A stretch of DNA of 63,997 nt, filler included, from Gonapodya sp. JEL0774 (GCA_027604505.1; 13 parts of 13 records of this genome joined end to end with filler, not necessarily neighbours in it); one strand, 5' to 3'. Positions 35,669-51,200 are shown, numbered from the whole stretch's first letter. A program made the numbers and translations. Notes: a model not told the origin generated them from the sequence alone.

Positions 35669-37703
35669 ATGCACCAGGAGGACGCTGATCTTTTCGATGC
35701 ACCCGACACCCACGGAGACCCGACCATCGCCGCATTGCACGGTCACTCTCATGCCACACGCCAATTGTGGCTCTGGTCGGCCTGGCGTGCGGCCATACTC
35801 TCGCGTTCTACGGCAGTCTCCATCCTTTACATCGCGGTATGGTTCACACTATCGCTCACTCTCAATGTGATAAACAAATGGATGTTTGGAACGGTCGGTA
35901 GACCAGATTTTAACCGCTTTCAATCGGAAAGAACCGCCGAACTAACGATGCTTTGAACCTGAAGGAAGGCTTCAACTACGGTTTCCCTCTAGCTCTGACC
36001 TCATTGCAGGCGATCGTCCAATTTCTTCTCTCCTTTCTTGCTCTCAGTAGTGTGTTTAGAAGCTGGCGAAATGGGCCGTTGTTCCCTCCCTTGGCACGAT
36101 ACATGTGCGTTCTCAAATCTCGCCGAGCTCACAATTCAACAAATGCCCCACTACCTAAACTGGACATCATTGGACTCTAATTTTAGGACTCGCGATCTTC
36201 CTTGCGGCTTCACAACTGGACTCGATATTGGTATGGCCAACGCATCACTGCGATACATTACTATGATGGTCTACAGTTGAGTCACCTTTGCAGTCACTCG
36301 CCATCACAGCACAGTTCTGTGTTGGAAGTGACTATTGACTCAACACGCGTTGTTAGCTATGATCCGCTCCGGCAGCCCCGTCGCGGTCCTCTTTTTCGCC
36401 TTCCTTTTCCGCGTCGAGCGTGTTCGATGGTCGCTCGTACTGGTCATTGTGGTGATTTCACTGGGTGTTGCACTCATGGCCCTCTCACCAGATGATGTTG
36501 CGAGGTTGGTGGGCGGTGCGCCCTCTCCTGTTGTACCTTCACCTGGATCCCCTGCTGCCGACGTACCGACCCATTTACACTTTATCGGGTTCGTCTTTGG
36601 ACCTCATGTGCTGCCATTTCCAGCTTAGTGCATGATCTCATATCGCTTCACGCACTCAAATCCAGCATCACTGAAGTAATAGCGGCCACTGTTCTGTCGG
36701 GTCTGCGCTGGGCGCTGACCCAGATATTGCTTCGAGGAGACGGCGGACAGAATCTCGCATCGCATCGGACAAGCGATGAAGCCCATGATGCACTTGACGA
36801 CGATGCTACAATACTCGTGATGGGACCAGAGTCAGCAAAAAGTCCTCGAGCATTGAACCACGGCTCGAATCCACTCCTCACCAATCTGCGACTCACACCG
36901 TTTATGTTTGTGAGCATAGCCACTGCCGCTCTCGCACTAGAAGGTGTACCGGACCTATCGCGTGGGTGTGCCTTCTTGCCGAAACCAATCGTCATAAGCT
37001 CCAATGATGTTTTCGGTTCTTTTCAGCGAAAGGTGCTCCAAATGTATTCGGTTTCGTTCTGGTTGCTGGATGTGTGGCATGGTGTATGACGCTCGCTGAG
37101 TACGGGTTAATCAAGCATGCAGGGGCGGTCGCGTTCAGTGTAGCGGTGGGTGTTGCGGGCTTTCGGGCACCGGCCGCGCTACGGGTCTGCATTTGGGACC
37201 AAGCTCACTTGTGATAGCTCTGTTCAGGGCATCTTTAAAGAAATTCTCGCACTCGTCACCTCCCACTACGTCTTTGGTGACCAACTCGTCCCAATCAATG
37301 CTGTGGGGCTCGCCGTCTCGCTCGCGGGTATTGTGGGTTTCAATTGGCTCAAGATCACAGAGAGCATGCAAAAGCCAGCATCACATCCTCCTATGGAGAT
37401 CAAGCAATCGGATTATTTTGAAATGGGTGGGATGGCGGGGGAACAGGAGAGTGAGTATGATGGTGACGGGGTCGAACACCTGGATTCCAGTGGAGATGTA
37501 GATATAGACGCGCGAGATTCGGAGCCTGCCGAGTGGAACAGGGGCGTTGCAACTTCGCTTGTACATTTGTTTTCCAGAAGGGACCCGCAATACGAAAGAG
37601 TGGAAACATACTTTGAAAATGATGGAGTTGGAAGACCGGTGACCAAAGCTCCGCTTAACCAGAGACTCACTACTTGGTTCCGCCAGCACACATTCACGAT
37701 ACC

Positions 37704-37722
<19 letters not shown>
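35669..37722 (+). CDS. Triose-phosphate/nucleotide-sugar transporter family (SLC35C2-like), multi-exon
   Basis: YIAVWFTLSLTLNVINKWMF, FPLALTSLQ, TGLDIGMANASLRYIT, LSGLRWALTQILL and GIFKEIL. Confidence 0.88.
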
Positions 37723-39624
<1,902 letters not shown>

Positions 39625-39724
39625 NNNNNNNNNNNNNNNNNNNNNNNNNNNNNNNNNNNNNNNNNNNNTTAATTAATTAANNNNNNNNNNNNNNNNNNNN
39701 NNNNNNNNNNNNNNNNNNNNNNNN

Positions 39725-40757
39725 AGTATATCGGCGACCAAGTCGGGTTTCATGGGTACGTCACCGGCTTCGAGAATTTTTGTCGGCTCAGGTTTTGTTT
39801 TATTCTCCTCGATGAAACCGGGACTGTCGATACCGGCAGGAATGAACAGATGCACCTTGATTCCGTGTGGTAGAAGCTCGTTTCGGAGTGTCTCTGCCAG
39901 TGCTAGAGCAAGAAGTTAGAACCTTCACATGATGCATCCGCCCGCCCATCGTATCCCATCGCTCACATTTGAGAGCAGCTTTCGAAGGAGCATACGACGA
40001 ATATCCTACGAAGCCTACCATCGAAATTATTGAGCCGACGAACGCGATGCGACCCTCAACGCCATGTTGCACCATTAGCCTTGCCGCTTCCTGTTCGCAG
40101 ACCGATTTCACTGAGTGTAGCCAGCTAAACTAACAGCCAGAATCAGAGTTTCTCTTACGTGTGCGGTGTACAATGCACCAAGGTAGTTGACTTTGATGTT
40201 TTGCTCGTGATTGGAGATGTGGTCCTCCTCCAGGAAGTAGCCAGGGCGAGCCAGTCCTACCATCGCCTATCTCATAAACAGATGGTACCCAGCGATGCAC
40301 GCGAAGATAACGTACCAGCGCAAGTAATCACTATTTCAGGAACACCAGCTACCTTCACAGAGTTCGCGATGGCATTCTTGCATTGCTCGCTTGACGCTAC
40401 GTCCGCCACGAAGTATTGTATCTTCTGATCCTTTGAAGATGCTACCGCCTTTCAAAGAAATAACGAGATAGTCAAGATTGTTATTGAAATGCATCATGAG
40501 GTTCACCAACCTGGACCTCCTCCAAAGCCTTCTGCAATTTCACCTCAGACCGCGATACAATCGTGACATTGGCCCCTCGTGCTGCGAGCTTTTTTGCAAC
40601 TTCAAGACCTAGTCCTTCCGATCCACCTGTTATATACACATGCTGCCGTGGAATGCAAAAAGATCAGTTCCTGCAGTCATGAGCACATATGAGAAAGAAG
40701 CAGCGTTAAGCACGGTACCTTTCCAACGACCTCTAGTTTCGAAGACCACGATCCCAT
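39725..40757 (-). CDS. TSC10: 3-ketodihydrosphingosine reductase (SDR family), 3'-partial; start uncertain
   Basis: HVYITGGSEGLG, GYSSYAPSKAAL and SPGFIEENKTKP. Confidence 0.9.
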
Positions 40758-41361
40758 CGAGTTGGTTCCGGGGTCAGACAGCAGCAGTGGCGCCGAACAA
40801 CATAAGAAGGCTGCCAAGCATTTATCATCTTCACCATCAACAAGATCCTGCCTGCTCCCCTTTGCGAGCACAAAAAAGCAGAACAAAAGCGAAAAAGAAG
40901 ATTTTGCTGACTTGCTTGCGTAATATGCAAGGGGCGATGCACTTCAGTAGGAGAGAACCGTTTCCCGGCTTAATTCTTCTGTTACAATAACTTATGATCT
41001 CATTTTTTCAGAAGAGACTTCGTTAACTTCCTAGTTTCCCCCTTAGTTCGCGGACGTGTTCGGGAATGGTGCAGGCCGTGGCGCGGTTGGCGGTGCACCC
41101 GGCGGGACCTGCAATTCCAAATTTCCATCTCAGTATGACAGAGGGGCTCTTGAAAACTCATGGCAAGGTACCACGCGTCAAATCCTTCCCTGCTGCTTGT
41201 GGTGTCACTTGGAACGCGTCGCCGCACATTTTAATGATGACGTTCGGCTTCGATGCAGGCTCGCACAAGGACACGTCCTGGAGAAATCCGCGTGGATGGT
41301 TGGTACCTTTGCTTTCTTTGATTGCGTTACCCTTTGTGCATACCTTTGATGACCATCTCCT

Positions 41362-42866
41362 ATGTCCATTTATACAAAAGACCTGGGACACCTCACTCCG
41401 TACGAATTAGTACGACCAGCGATTCCGATATTCACAAGCGCAAACGACGAAAGGTCTATCCCGACGGTGGAGCTCGAGAAGGTCTTTCAGTGTCCCATAT
41501 GCTTGGAGATCATTTCAGATTGCGTGGCAACAACTGCTGTAGGTTGTCCCGCCACTGTTATTCACGAAACACCGCTAATGGCACTCTAACTAAGCAGTGC
41601 TTGCATCGATTCTGCAAGCGTTGTCTTTCATCTCATCTATACCGCGCGTTAGTACCCTCCTGAAGCTGTTCAACCACTTGATATGAATGACGTCATAACC
41701 AAATCCATACCATCTCATGACTAGAAAAGACAAATTGTGCCCGACTTGTCGCAAGCCTTGCATTTCCATGCGTTACACCCGAGAGGACCCCAATTTCCAA
41801 GCAATTATTGACACAGTGTTTCGCGGATCGAAAGTAAACGACGACTCTGTTTTTCCCTACATAACGGTCAGTCTGAACAGTGGCTTTGAAATTTCCAATA
41901 ACTACTAGAAATCAGGTACTTCAAGGCCCCAGCAACCTTCTCATCTGGACAAAGACTCCTCGAGCGACGCCGAGTTCGAAAGTCCGAACAGCATCCGTGC
42001 AGAACGCGGAGGTGAACGCTCTGCCTCCCGATTACAACACCGCAAGTCCACTGAAAAGGTAAATGGAGCAATTGGGGCGTGAGAGTTGCAATGATCATTT
42101 GAGGCCTCATCAATCCGCGATGGATTCTTCCATTACAAAATACCGTCTGCGTTTTGGAACAAACACTCATGGAAACCAACACCCGATCTCCCGAACCGCT
42201 TTCTGATTTGAGGTTGGGCTTCGTGGGAGACGCAAAAGCCGCTTGGACACACACGATCAGATCAGCTTTTCGCACGGGGATGCATCTCAAGCCGCGAACG
42301 ACGGTTACGGCGAGCAGGTACAAAGAGATGAGAAAAATCCTGAATGTGTGAGTGAGGTTACCTGGAAAATATCCACTCTGACAATTCGTCCTGTCATTAA
42401 CGATGTGTTGCATATAATTTCACAAATTGCAGATCAAAGGTTGCGATGTCGAGGTGTCAACCTCGTGTGATCAAGGACAATCCTTTCGACTAGCAACAAC
42501 ACTAGACTGCACTGGTGAGAGGAGGCCATCATTTTGTTTTCGCTCGCGCATTTTGTTTTCGCTTCCGCCTTTAAATGACTGACTGTTCCGCATTATGTAT
42601 ACATATCATGGACGTCTCGAAAAACGTTCTTCAAAGTCGGCCACCTGCGACAACTTCTTTTGGAGTTTTTGCCTGTGGGTGCAGATTTGACATTGTGTTT
42701 GGCGTTGAATGGTGCACCTGTTCATGATTCTCGGACAATGGGGGATATCAGGACACAGGTGAGAGGTAACAGAACCATACCCAAAAGCATGGAGACGCTA
42801 AGATTTTCGACACAGCTCCATCTCTCTGAAAAAGAGCCTGTTCCGCTGCAATTGATGGCACAGTAG
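41362..42866 (+). CDS. RING1/RNF2-like E3 ligase (C3HC4 RING with probable C-terminal RAWUL domain), multi-exon
   Basis: LTPYELVRP...FQCPICLEII...CLHRFCKRC...CPTCRKPCISMRYTREDPNFQAII. The C-terminal YISWTSRKTFFKVGHLRQLL...DSRTMGDIR segment looks ubiquitin-like. Confidence 0.8.
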
Positions 42867-43165
42867 TTGACCCTTATGCAACTCGATGAATATGCATGTT
42901 TGGCGGGGCCAAATTCTGAGTCGAATCACCGTCTAAGAAAACACACCTCACCATTATATAATTACGTGGAGCCTGTAGACGTAATTGTCTGTAACAGTTT
43001 GTGTCGGAGAGTGAACCGGCTCCGCGCCTTTCAGTGTACTGTGATCGTTCACCAATACAACTCACTTTGTATCCTTTCATTGCCTTGCACGACGCGGAAT
43101 AGATTCCAAGTGCTTCTGTGGTCACTTGTTGCAGTCATTCCCCTTTCTCTATCCCTTTCTCTATT

Positions 43166-44571
43166 ATGGCCTCACTCGAAATCGAGTCCGCCGATGTGAT
43201 TCGGCTGATCGAGCAGTTTCTCAAAGAAAACAATCTTATCAAGACTTTTCGAACGCTTCAGGAGGAGAGTACGATCAACCTCAACACGGTCGAGAGCGCA
43301 GACAGTTTCTCGAGCTCAATAACGTCAGGTGACTGGGAAGCGGTCCTCCGGACATGCCAGCAGCTCAGCCTCCCTCCGAAGAAGCTGGCTGATTTGTACG
43401 AGCAAATTGTGCTGGAACTCATCGAGATGCGAGAAATGGCAGCTGCGAGGTCGTTGCTTCGGCAGACGGAACCCATGCAGATTCTCAAAGATTCGCAACC
43501 GGAGCGGTATCTGCACTTAGAACATTTGCTATCAAGATCCTTTTTTGATGAGAAAGAAGCATATGGGGAGGACACCACGAAGCAGCGACGGCGACAACTT
43601 ATCGCGCAAGGTTGGTCTACATCTGGGGGTCTAAGAGAGCACGGCAGCAATACTTTGCCCGAGCTTCCCTCCCTGACCACGAATCAAATACTCGTAGGCG
43701 CGGGAGGTATTTTTGTCACTATATGTTGACCCTGCTGGGCACTCAGAAAGAACTACACGGATATAACTCATATCGCGGAAACCTGTGGATCAATCTGAGT
43801 GGACCTTCACTTCACTATTGCGGCATGTACGGCATGTCGCTTATTGTATATGCGTCTTAGCTATACTGCCAGTACCTGGTACTGATTTCTTTATCTCGCC
43901 ACCCACTCTTCTGGCGTTCCACCGCTTTGGGGAACTAAGCTCTCTCCAGCGAAGTCACCGTCGTCCCTCCTTCCCGCCTCCTCACCCTTCTCGGACAAGC
44001 TATTAAATGGCAGTTTTCGCAGGGTCTGATCCCCCCCGAGTCGGCGTACGACCTGTTTCGGGGAACCGCGCCAAGCCAAAAGGCTGAGGAAGACGCTGTG
44101 CCTGGGATGTGTTTCAACACGATTAAGGTGATGAACCCATCTGAGCTCAATTGAGAGCTGTGTACGCTCGTTACAGCCGTCCTGATGATCACTGAAATTG
44201 TGAACTTTTATACTGTTTGTAGTTCCCCCGAAAGCAACACCCAGAATCGATAGCCTTTTCTCCAGACGGACAATATCTTGTCACCGGCGGTGTGGATGGC
44301 ATCATAGAAGTGTACAACTACTTGACTGGAAAGCTGAGGAAGGACCTGCAGTATCAGGTGGAGGTATGAAGGGTTGCCGATTCCCCACCACTCGCGAATA
44401 CGCTCATACATATTTCAAAACCATTTAGGGTAATCTCATGCTCATGGACGATGCAGTTCTGAGCCTTGCGTTCAGCCGAGACTCAGAACTCCTGGTCAGC
44501 GGTTCACAAGACGGAAAGATCAAAGTCTGGAAGCTGAGCACGGGTCAGTGTACCAGACGGTTTGCACCCGC
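43166..44571 (+). CDS. SMU1: Spliceosomal WD40 protein SMU1, 3'-partial
   Basis: [41 protein letters not shown] and [20 protein letters not shown]. Confidence 0.96.
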
Positions 44572-44671
44572 NNNNNNNNNNNNNNNNNNNNNNNNNNNNN
44601 NNNNNNNNNNNNNNNTTAATTAATTAANNNNNNNNNNNNNNNNNNNNNNNNNNNNNNNNNNNNNNNNNNNN

Positions 44672-45641
44672 AAACGGAACTTGGCACAACGGGATGCGAG
44701 AGGTTCAATAATACTTTTTCGTGAGCAGAAAGATGCGATATGAGCGTACATTCCTTGGGATCTCCAGCTGCTGTGACTCACCGACTAACGTAGTTGCAAA
44801 CGAGGCAAAATCGCGTAATCTTGGAGTACTGCTCCATTGTTCTACGGAGGGCAGATTGAGCATCGTTCGTCATGGAATCAGCTTCGTCCAAAATGATGAT
44901 TTTGTATGGAGGTAGCGGGCGGGAGGAGGCGCTGTGAGAGTGGACTCGCACATCAGAATGAGGAAGAGGTTTGTGCGGTCCATGCACACTCGAAACTAAC
45001 CCCTGCACTCCAGAAACCTGCACTCGCGCAAAGTTCTTCACTTTCGCTCGAATGACATCTATCCCTCGTTCATCGGACGCATTCAACTCAAGAACTCGAG
45101 CCTTGTAGACCTCCGGTCTGGAAATAGGTGACCCGCAACCGTGTTATTGTATGATTCGGGTCTTCTCCTACTCTGAAGAGAAAAGCTTACCCGTAGAGCT
45201 CTACGATGGACGGCCATGAACAGAAAAGGCAAGGAGGGATAATTGGGGTCTTCTCACAAGGCACCGATATGAAAGGGACGTGAATACGAACCTCGACAGA
45301 GCGCCAATATGGTACTCGTTTTTCCTGTTCCAGGGTTTCCATAGAACAGGAGATGCGGAAGCTAAGGAACGGGTTTTCAGATCTCGGAGTTCTTTGCTAG
45401 ACACGTACGCTCCTGCTCACGTTAGCTGTCTCCATTGTTCGCTTCAGGACTTGCACAACCTCCTCCTGGGAGCTGACCTCATCGAGATTCCGTGGCCGAC
45501 TGAATAATGGAAACAGTGTGCCATGACTGTTACGACATGGCGGGTTGATTCGAAGCCAGAACTTTACTATTTCTCGATCCATGGCCGATTATCAACTGAG
45601 TTGCTCGTTTGCTGCGCTTGCTTGTCTTTCTTGCTCGTCAT
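44672..45641 (-). CDS. RFC2: Replication factor C small subunit (yeast Rfc2 / human RFC4 type), 3'-partial
   Basis: [37 protein letters not shown] and SRCAKFRF. Confidence 0.95.
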
Positions 45642-45744
45642 TATAGAGTAATTCCTCGTTGATCGAAACCGTCAGTTCGTGGAGGATATACAAAAAAAGG
45701 GCTTCACCATGAACCTGCAGGTGGCAACTACCTCCTTCGGAACA

Positions 45745-47373
45745 ATGTCAACTTTATCCACGCTTCCCTTCGAGCTGCTCTCTCGAATCGTCGCCCCTCT
45801 CGAGCTAAGAGGTATTCTTGCTTTTTGTCCTGTTCTCCAAATCCTGCACTATTCACGACCTGTTATACTCGCCCAAACCAAAGATCTTTCTCACCTAGCA
45901 CGCACGTGCAAACGACTGCATCGCGCGGTTTCTACCAATGGTCTCTCCCAATTTTTTCACAACCATCCTTTCTTTCATCCGTTGGGGTTCAGAACTCCCC
46001 CAATTCATCAGAATTGGGAGTTCCTTGCTACTTGCACTCGGACAGAACAGAATTGGTGCAACGGGCACGTAACGAGTGGACATAAGCTGATGACGACAGA
46101 CAAGAAGTTTGTGCCAGTGTTCCAACACGACGTCGACCGTAGTAGGATGCTTGTGGGATGCGGGAACCGCTTAGGATTTATTGCGGATAGGAATGCGCAT
46201 CATCACAGCCCACCAGACCGAACCGATTTTGCTTGGCTGGGATACTTACCTTCACACGATATTACTAGTTTGCTGTTGTCGCGAGACGGTAAAGTGGTGT
46301 ACACAAGCCATATCGACGGATGCGTACATCGGACTCTTCTACAGGACAGGGATTTTCGACCCGAAACATCTCTGGGGTACGAAAGAGCAGGCCATCGTGG
46401 CCATAGGGCCGGGCTTGCTCGCCAATCCTCAAACAGCACTCGATATCCTCCAGTTCGGCGACTCTCACCGACAGGCAGTGCACGGGTGGCCACCAGTTCT
46501 GTTATATCGCTATGTTCTATTGATGATGGTGGTGCACTGGCTTGCGCTTCCTTTGATGGTTCCATTAGAGTTCTATCTGGTGGCCTGGAGGAGGAACTCT
46601 GTAGTCTTCAGTTTGCGCAACTTCGCCACGGAGCATTGGAATCGCTCAAGGAATCGAGCACCGCAGATGCCTCCGAGCTTGAACTTGTACCGGGGACATA
46701 CCGACGAATTTGGACGATGGCCCGGGCTCCCAAAACGAACCATTTACTCGTAGGAACAGTTGCCACCCAGGCCAAAGCCGGACCAAGAGACACTCTCCAC
46801 ATGGTTTCTCTTGAGCCATCTGGATTGAGGCATGTTCGGTCGTTTTGGGCACACCGAGGTAGGTGGTCCAGTATTCATGGAGACAGCTGGTCACAATTAG
46901 ACCTATCATTTCCTTAAAAAGGCGCCACCTACGCGATCTCTGCTCCTGACGCTCATGTGTTCTCTACTGCTGGCTATGATGGTATTGTTCTCTCCTGGGA
47001 TATCCGGCTTCCACCATCTTCCGGTCCTGTCTCCAGATGGGAGGATTTGGATGACTACCCATTATTTTCCTTGTCGTCTGATCCCCCAAGATCGTGGTGC
47101 GTCGCCGTAGGCACCGGCGTGCACTCAGTTGTCCGCATTTATGACCGCCGAGGGGTGGGTGGGTTACGACGTGGGTTCCGGTCTTGGACGAAAGCCCCGC
47201 TGGCGTACTCCGTGTTTGCGAATAGAAGGCTGAACTCGCCTGTGTATGGAGTCCAGAAAACACTAGAAGGGATAGTGGTTGCAGTTCAAGGTGAACTGAG
47301 GAGGGTCGGGTTTTGGTGGGAAGGACAGAGTACCAGACTCCAGAGGGGCACGAACGACGTCGTGGTGTTCTAG
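45745..47373 (+). CDS. F-box/WD40-like protein
   Basis: LSTLPFELLSRIV...HLARTCKRL, with WD-like ACASFDGSIRV and STAGYDGIVLSWDIR. Confidence 0.75.
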
Positions 47374-48308
47374 TTTGGAGAATCAAATTAGCGACTGTGA
47401 AGTTGTGGATTTCGTGCCTTGCCATCCTTGCTGTTTTGTAAGTTTACTAGAAGCAGCCAAATTTATCAGGAGAGGACAACGCCACGCCCATCTCAAGTGT
47501 TGAATATATATACCAGCGTCTGGCCAAGCGCTGATGTATTATTCACTGGCGGTCACCTTAGCGTGGTTGCACAAAAAAATGTCATCAAGCCAAGCTTCGC
47601 TTCAAGAAGTTCAACCCTTTCCCGACTATTCACCGCAGAGAATTACCACCGCTCAGAAATCTAACCAGCAACAGCGCAAAGCGGTGAGCTGCTATGAATG
47701 CGTGTCAATGCCGGGCGCCAGAAACGACCTCCGATATCTTCATGGGCAAGAGATTCTCCTTCGTCACAGACGTGCTTGTCCTCATTTGATTGCTTCACTC
47801 CGACAGCTCCATGCTATCTCCCTGAAGTAAACCCTGCCGAATAAGGTTGTTAGCTCATATGCTTCTCAGCCAGAGACCCCGCGGGGAGATGCGCATGCCC
47901 AGCATCAGTCCAAGTCTTGTAGAGCGCGGATCAGCCTCTCGACAGACACCATGCACCAGGGAACATCATGATTTCCCGATAAAAGATAATTCTGAGGTAA
48001 GCGAACGACCTAAATATGATTGAAGTAGAAGTCTCACCTTTGAGTCACGTTCTTTATTGGCTTGATCACACAACTCCCCTCAACAAGGTGGGTACGAATA
48101 AATTCCATGCTTCGGAAATTGTGGTGTATAACGGAAAATGGGGGTTTCGCATGAAGGTTGGGATCAGACACTGACGGATCAGAAGGGACAAAGCTCTCTG
48201 CAGTTCTCCTTGCATCGTCCTCTGCTTTCTTTTCATGCAATTTTTGTATCTCCCTCCAACCGTTACTCGCCTTGAATCAATGTCCTTGGTTACAACCATG
48301 ACCGGCAG

Positions 48309-49100
48309 ATGTGGCAGCACGACCTGTACCTTGACCCCTCTCTGCACTTCCGCGGTTTCAAATGGCATTGCGCGCCATCGACGGGGTATAGCACTAAAAT
48401 CAGAATTGAAGGTCTACATTGGAATGTCACGAATGCAGACTTGGTCAGTGCCTGTGACAATCTCGAACAGATGTTCCAGTCGTTGCTCAAGCTTCATGCT
48501 GCGAAAACTTCATAAACGTACTTTCTCCATTTCGCTCGGTTTTAGAAGGAGCTTTTGTCTCTTGTAGGCACTGTGACGTCTTCGAAAATTTTCTTCGACT
48601 CGGCAGGACGCTCACAAGGTGCAGCTGAAGCAACGTTTCTTGAACCTCGCGATGCAAGAGTGGCAGTTTTCAAGTTCAATGGAGAGCAGCTCGATGGAGA
48701 AACCATGAAAGTTACTCTCGTGAAGGGAACGAGTAGGATTGCACAGCAAGGAAAATGGTGGAATGTGCGGGAAAGATCGGGGAACAGAAATGTCATCGAC
48801 GTGGATGCAATCAATGAGGAACCCATCATTGTCGAGGATAGTGACGACGAGTGGATTGACACACGCAAGGATAGCCATGGAATTCGCAGAGCGGCTACTG
48901 GCCGGAGCACCGCAGCTACATCCACACACCCCTACAGCAAGCGTTCTGAGAATCGCAGAGGAGACGCAAGGGGTGATCGTCAGAGACATACTGGACGAGA
49001 TAGGCGGGATGGTACGTCTACCAGATCGAAGGGCAAAAGAGTGTCGGTATCGGCTGCGTCGCTTGACGCCGATCTTGAGACTTACATGAAGGTATGTTGA
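48309..49100 (+). CDS. ALYREF/Yra1-like RRM mRNA export adaptor; ends approximate
   Basis: WQHDLY, TKIRIEGLHWNVTNADL, FDSAGRSQGAAEATF, FNGEQLDG and C-terminal UBM SLDADLETYM. Confidence 0.85.
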
Positions 49101-49614
49101 ATGAGAACCTACTTCAAAATTTGTCTGAAAACTAGGGAAATCCCTGGATGGGATACACATGCGACAACAAGGGCAAACGTGCATTACCTGGTAACTCCCG
49201 CCCAAACGAGCAACCGGTACTTGCTTCACCGAAAGGGAGGCAGATCATCTCATATGATGACGTCTTATACGATGACATCTTGTACGATGACGTCTCATGC
49301 GAAGACATATAGGCGGACTGACATTCTAATGGATGGCGAGGGGGGATGTTGCACACTAATGCTCGCAGGAATCACCTGAAAATGACACTTTTCATCACAC
49401 ACTGCACCAAGACCCATGTCATGAAATGCACTTTGAAAATAAATTTCGTTTTCTTGCCTTGGAATTCGCGATGCCGTTTCGTCCCGTACGACAGAGACCA
49501 ACAGACCTCATTTCNNNNNNNNNNNNNNNNNNNNNNNNNNNNNNNNNNNNNNNNNNNNTTAATTAATTAANNNNNNNNNNNNNNNNNNNNNNNNNNNNNN
49601 NNNNNNNNNNNNNN

Positions 49615-50440
49615 GGAAACCTCCGAAATTTAACAACGCTGTGGCTCAATGACAACAACTTTTCATCAATCGAGAGCTTGGCCGCATCATCCTCTATCAC
49701 AGACATGTCGTTTTACAACAATCAATTATCCGGAAATATTGACGGCAAGCTTCCCCAAACCATCAGGACGTGCTGGAGCAGCTATTCGGGAAACCCCAAC
49801 ATGTACTCGTGTTCTGGCGACGTCCCTTCCGTGTGTGGGATTCCCATTGGTGGCCCAGACTGCAGTCCTTTCAGCACCCGCACCACAACATCCAAATCCA
49901 CAACGACGTCCACATCACGATCCCCAACTCCAACTCTGGGCCAGACGTCTTTGGCCGATTGCACATTTGTGGAACAACTTTTCAATCAGTCCAGTATCGC
50001 GATTACGTGGAGCACGGGACAATGTTGCGGGGCCTCCGGCAGTGGGGCTACTTGCTCGAATGGAAGAATCACGAGAATACAGCTATCTCGATCAAAGCTG
50101 AAGGGGAACTTGCCTAACCCAGCCAGCTTGACCGCCCTCACCTTCCTGGATCTGGAAGTCAACCAACTTTCTGGAGCTATCCCAGGATCGTTGGGAAACC
50201 TCCGAAATTTAACAACGCTGTGGCTCAATGATAACAACTTCTCCTCAATCGAGAGCTTGGCCGCATCATCGTCTATCACAGACATGTCGTTTTACAACAA
50301 TCGAATATCCGGAAATATGGACGGCAAGCTTCCACAACGTCTCTCGACGTGCTGGAGCAGCTATTCGGGAAACCCCAACATGTACTCATGTACTGGCGAC
50401 GTCCCTTCACTGTGTGGTATCCCGAGAGGTGGCCCCAACT
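49615..50440 (+). repeat. Intragenic direct duplication of the LRR ectodomain module
   Basis: 49615-49860 is nearly identical to 50194-50440. The offset is 579 bp (193 codons). Confidence 0.92.
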
Positions 50441-51200
50441 GTACTTCCACATCCACCACAACCGGTTCATCTTCATCCCCTTCAGCTTCCACAACCGGTT
50501 CATCTTCATCCACTTCAGCTTCTAATTCCACTGGATCATCCATACCCGGCTTCGTGTGGCCGCTTGTTGGCGCGATAGGAACAGTAGTGGTTCTCGTGCT
50601 CCTTTGGTATGTCTCAAGAGTGCTGCTGCCCTGGAAAAACTGTTGATGACTTTCAAATTTCAATTGGTCTCGCACATAGCGCTTGCTGCGGGTGCGATTG
50701 TTTTGATATCTGCTGCTGTTTTGAAGACTGTGATCTTGAAGACTGTTTCTGGTACGAACTGCGGAACAAGTATGTTTTGGCGGTGGAGCTAATCAATTGT
50801 CATCGAAAGCTGTTGTTGTGACCTTTGTGAAGGACTCTGTGACGCTTGCGAGAAGGAGTCTCCAACGGCTGTGACGAAGGCTGGTACGTGATCACTGCGG
50901 TCCACGCACACGCTGAGCTCACCTGTTCATAACTACCCTTCCTGAAAGCAGGTACCGCGACAACCACGACATCTCCTGTTATTGTCGTCCCAATGGCTCC
51001 CATAAGCCCCCCCGTCGTCCCAGCGGCCACCACTGCCCCCCCTCCGATTTCCACAGCACCATTGCCTTTTGGCGCTCCGGCTGTTGTATTTGCCCCAGCG
51101 CCTGCATCGCCTGTTCTAAGTCCCACGGCAGCTCCGACAGTGGTTCCAACGGCTTCATTGGGAGTGGTTCCAGGACCTATGGGTACCTCTCAAGTGAGTT
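49615..51200 (+). CDS. LRR receptor-like membrane protein (plant-type LRRs, S/T stalk, TM, Cys-rich then Pro-rich tail), 5'-partial
   Basis: LTFLDLEVNQLSGAIPGSLGNLRNLTTLWL and TM FVWPLVGAIGTVVVLVLLW. Downstream putative exons read CCGCDCFDICCCFEDC and CCCDLCEGLCDAC. Confidence 0.8.

Noticed and set aside
49250..49312. Four ~15-bp repeats (TAYGATGACRTCT)
   Set aside because: A short minisatellite, possibly a YDD-coding last exon. Too small to interpret.
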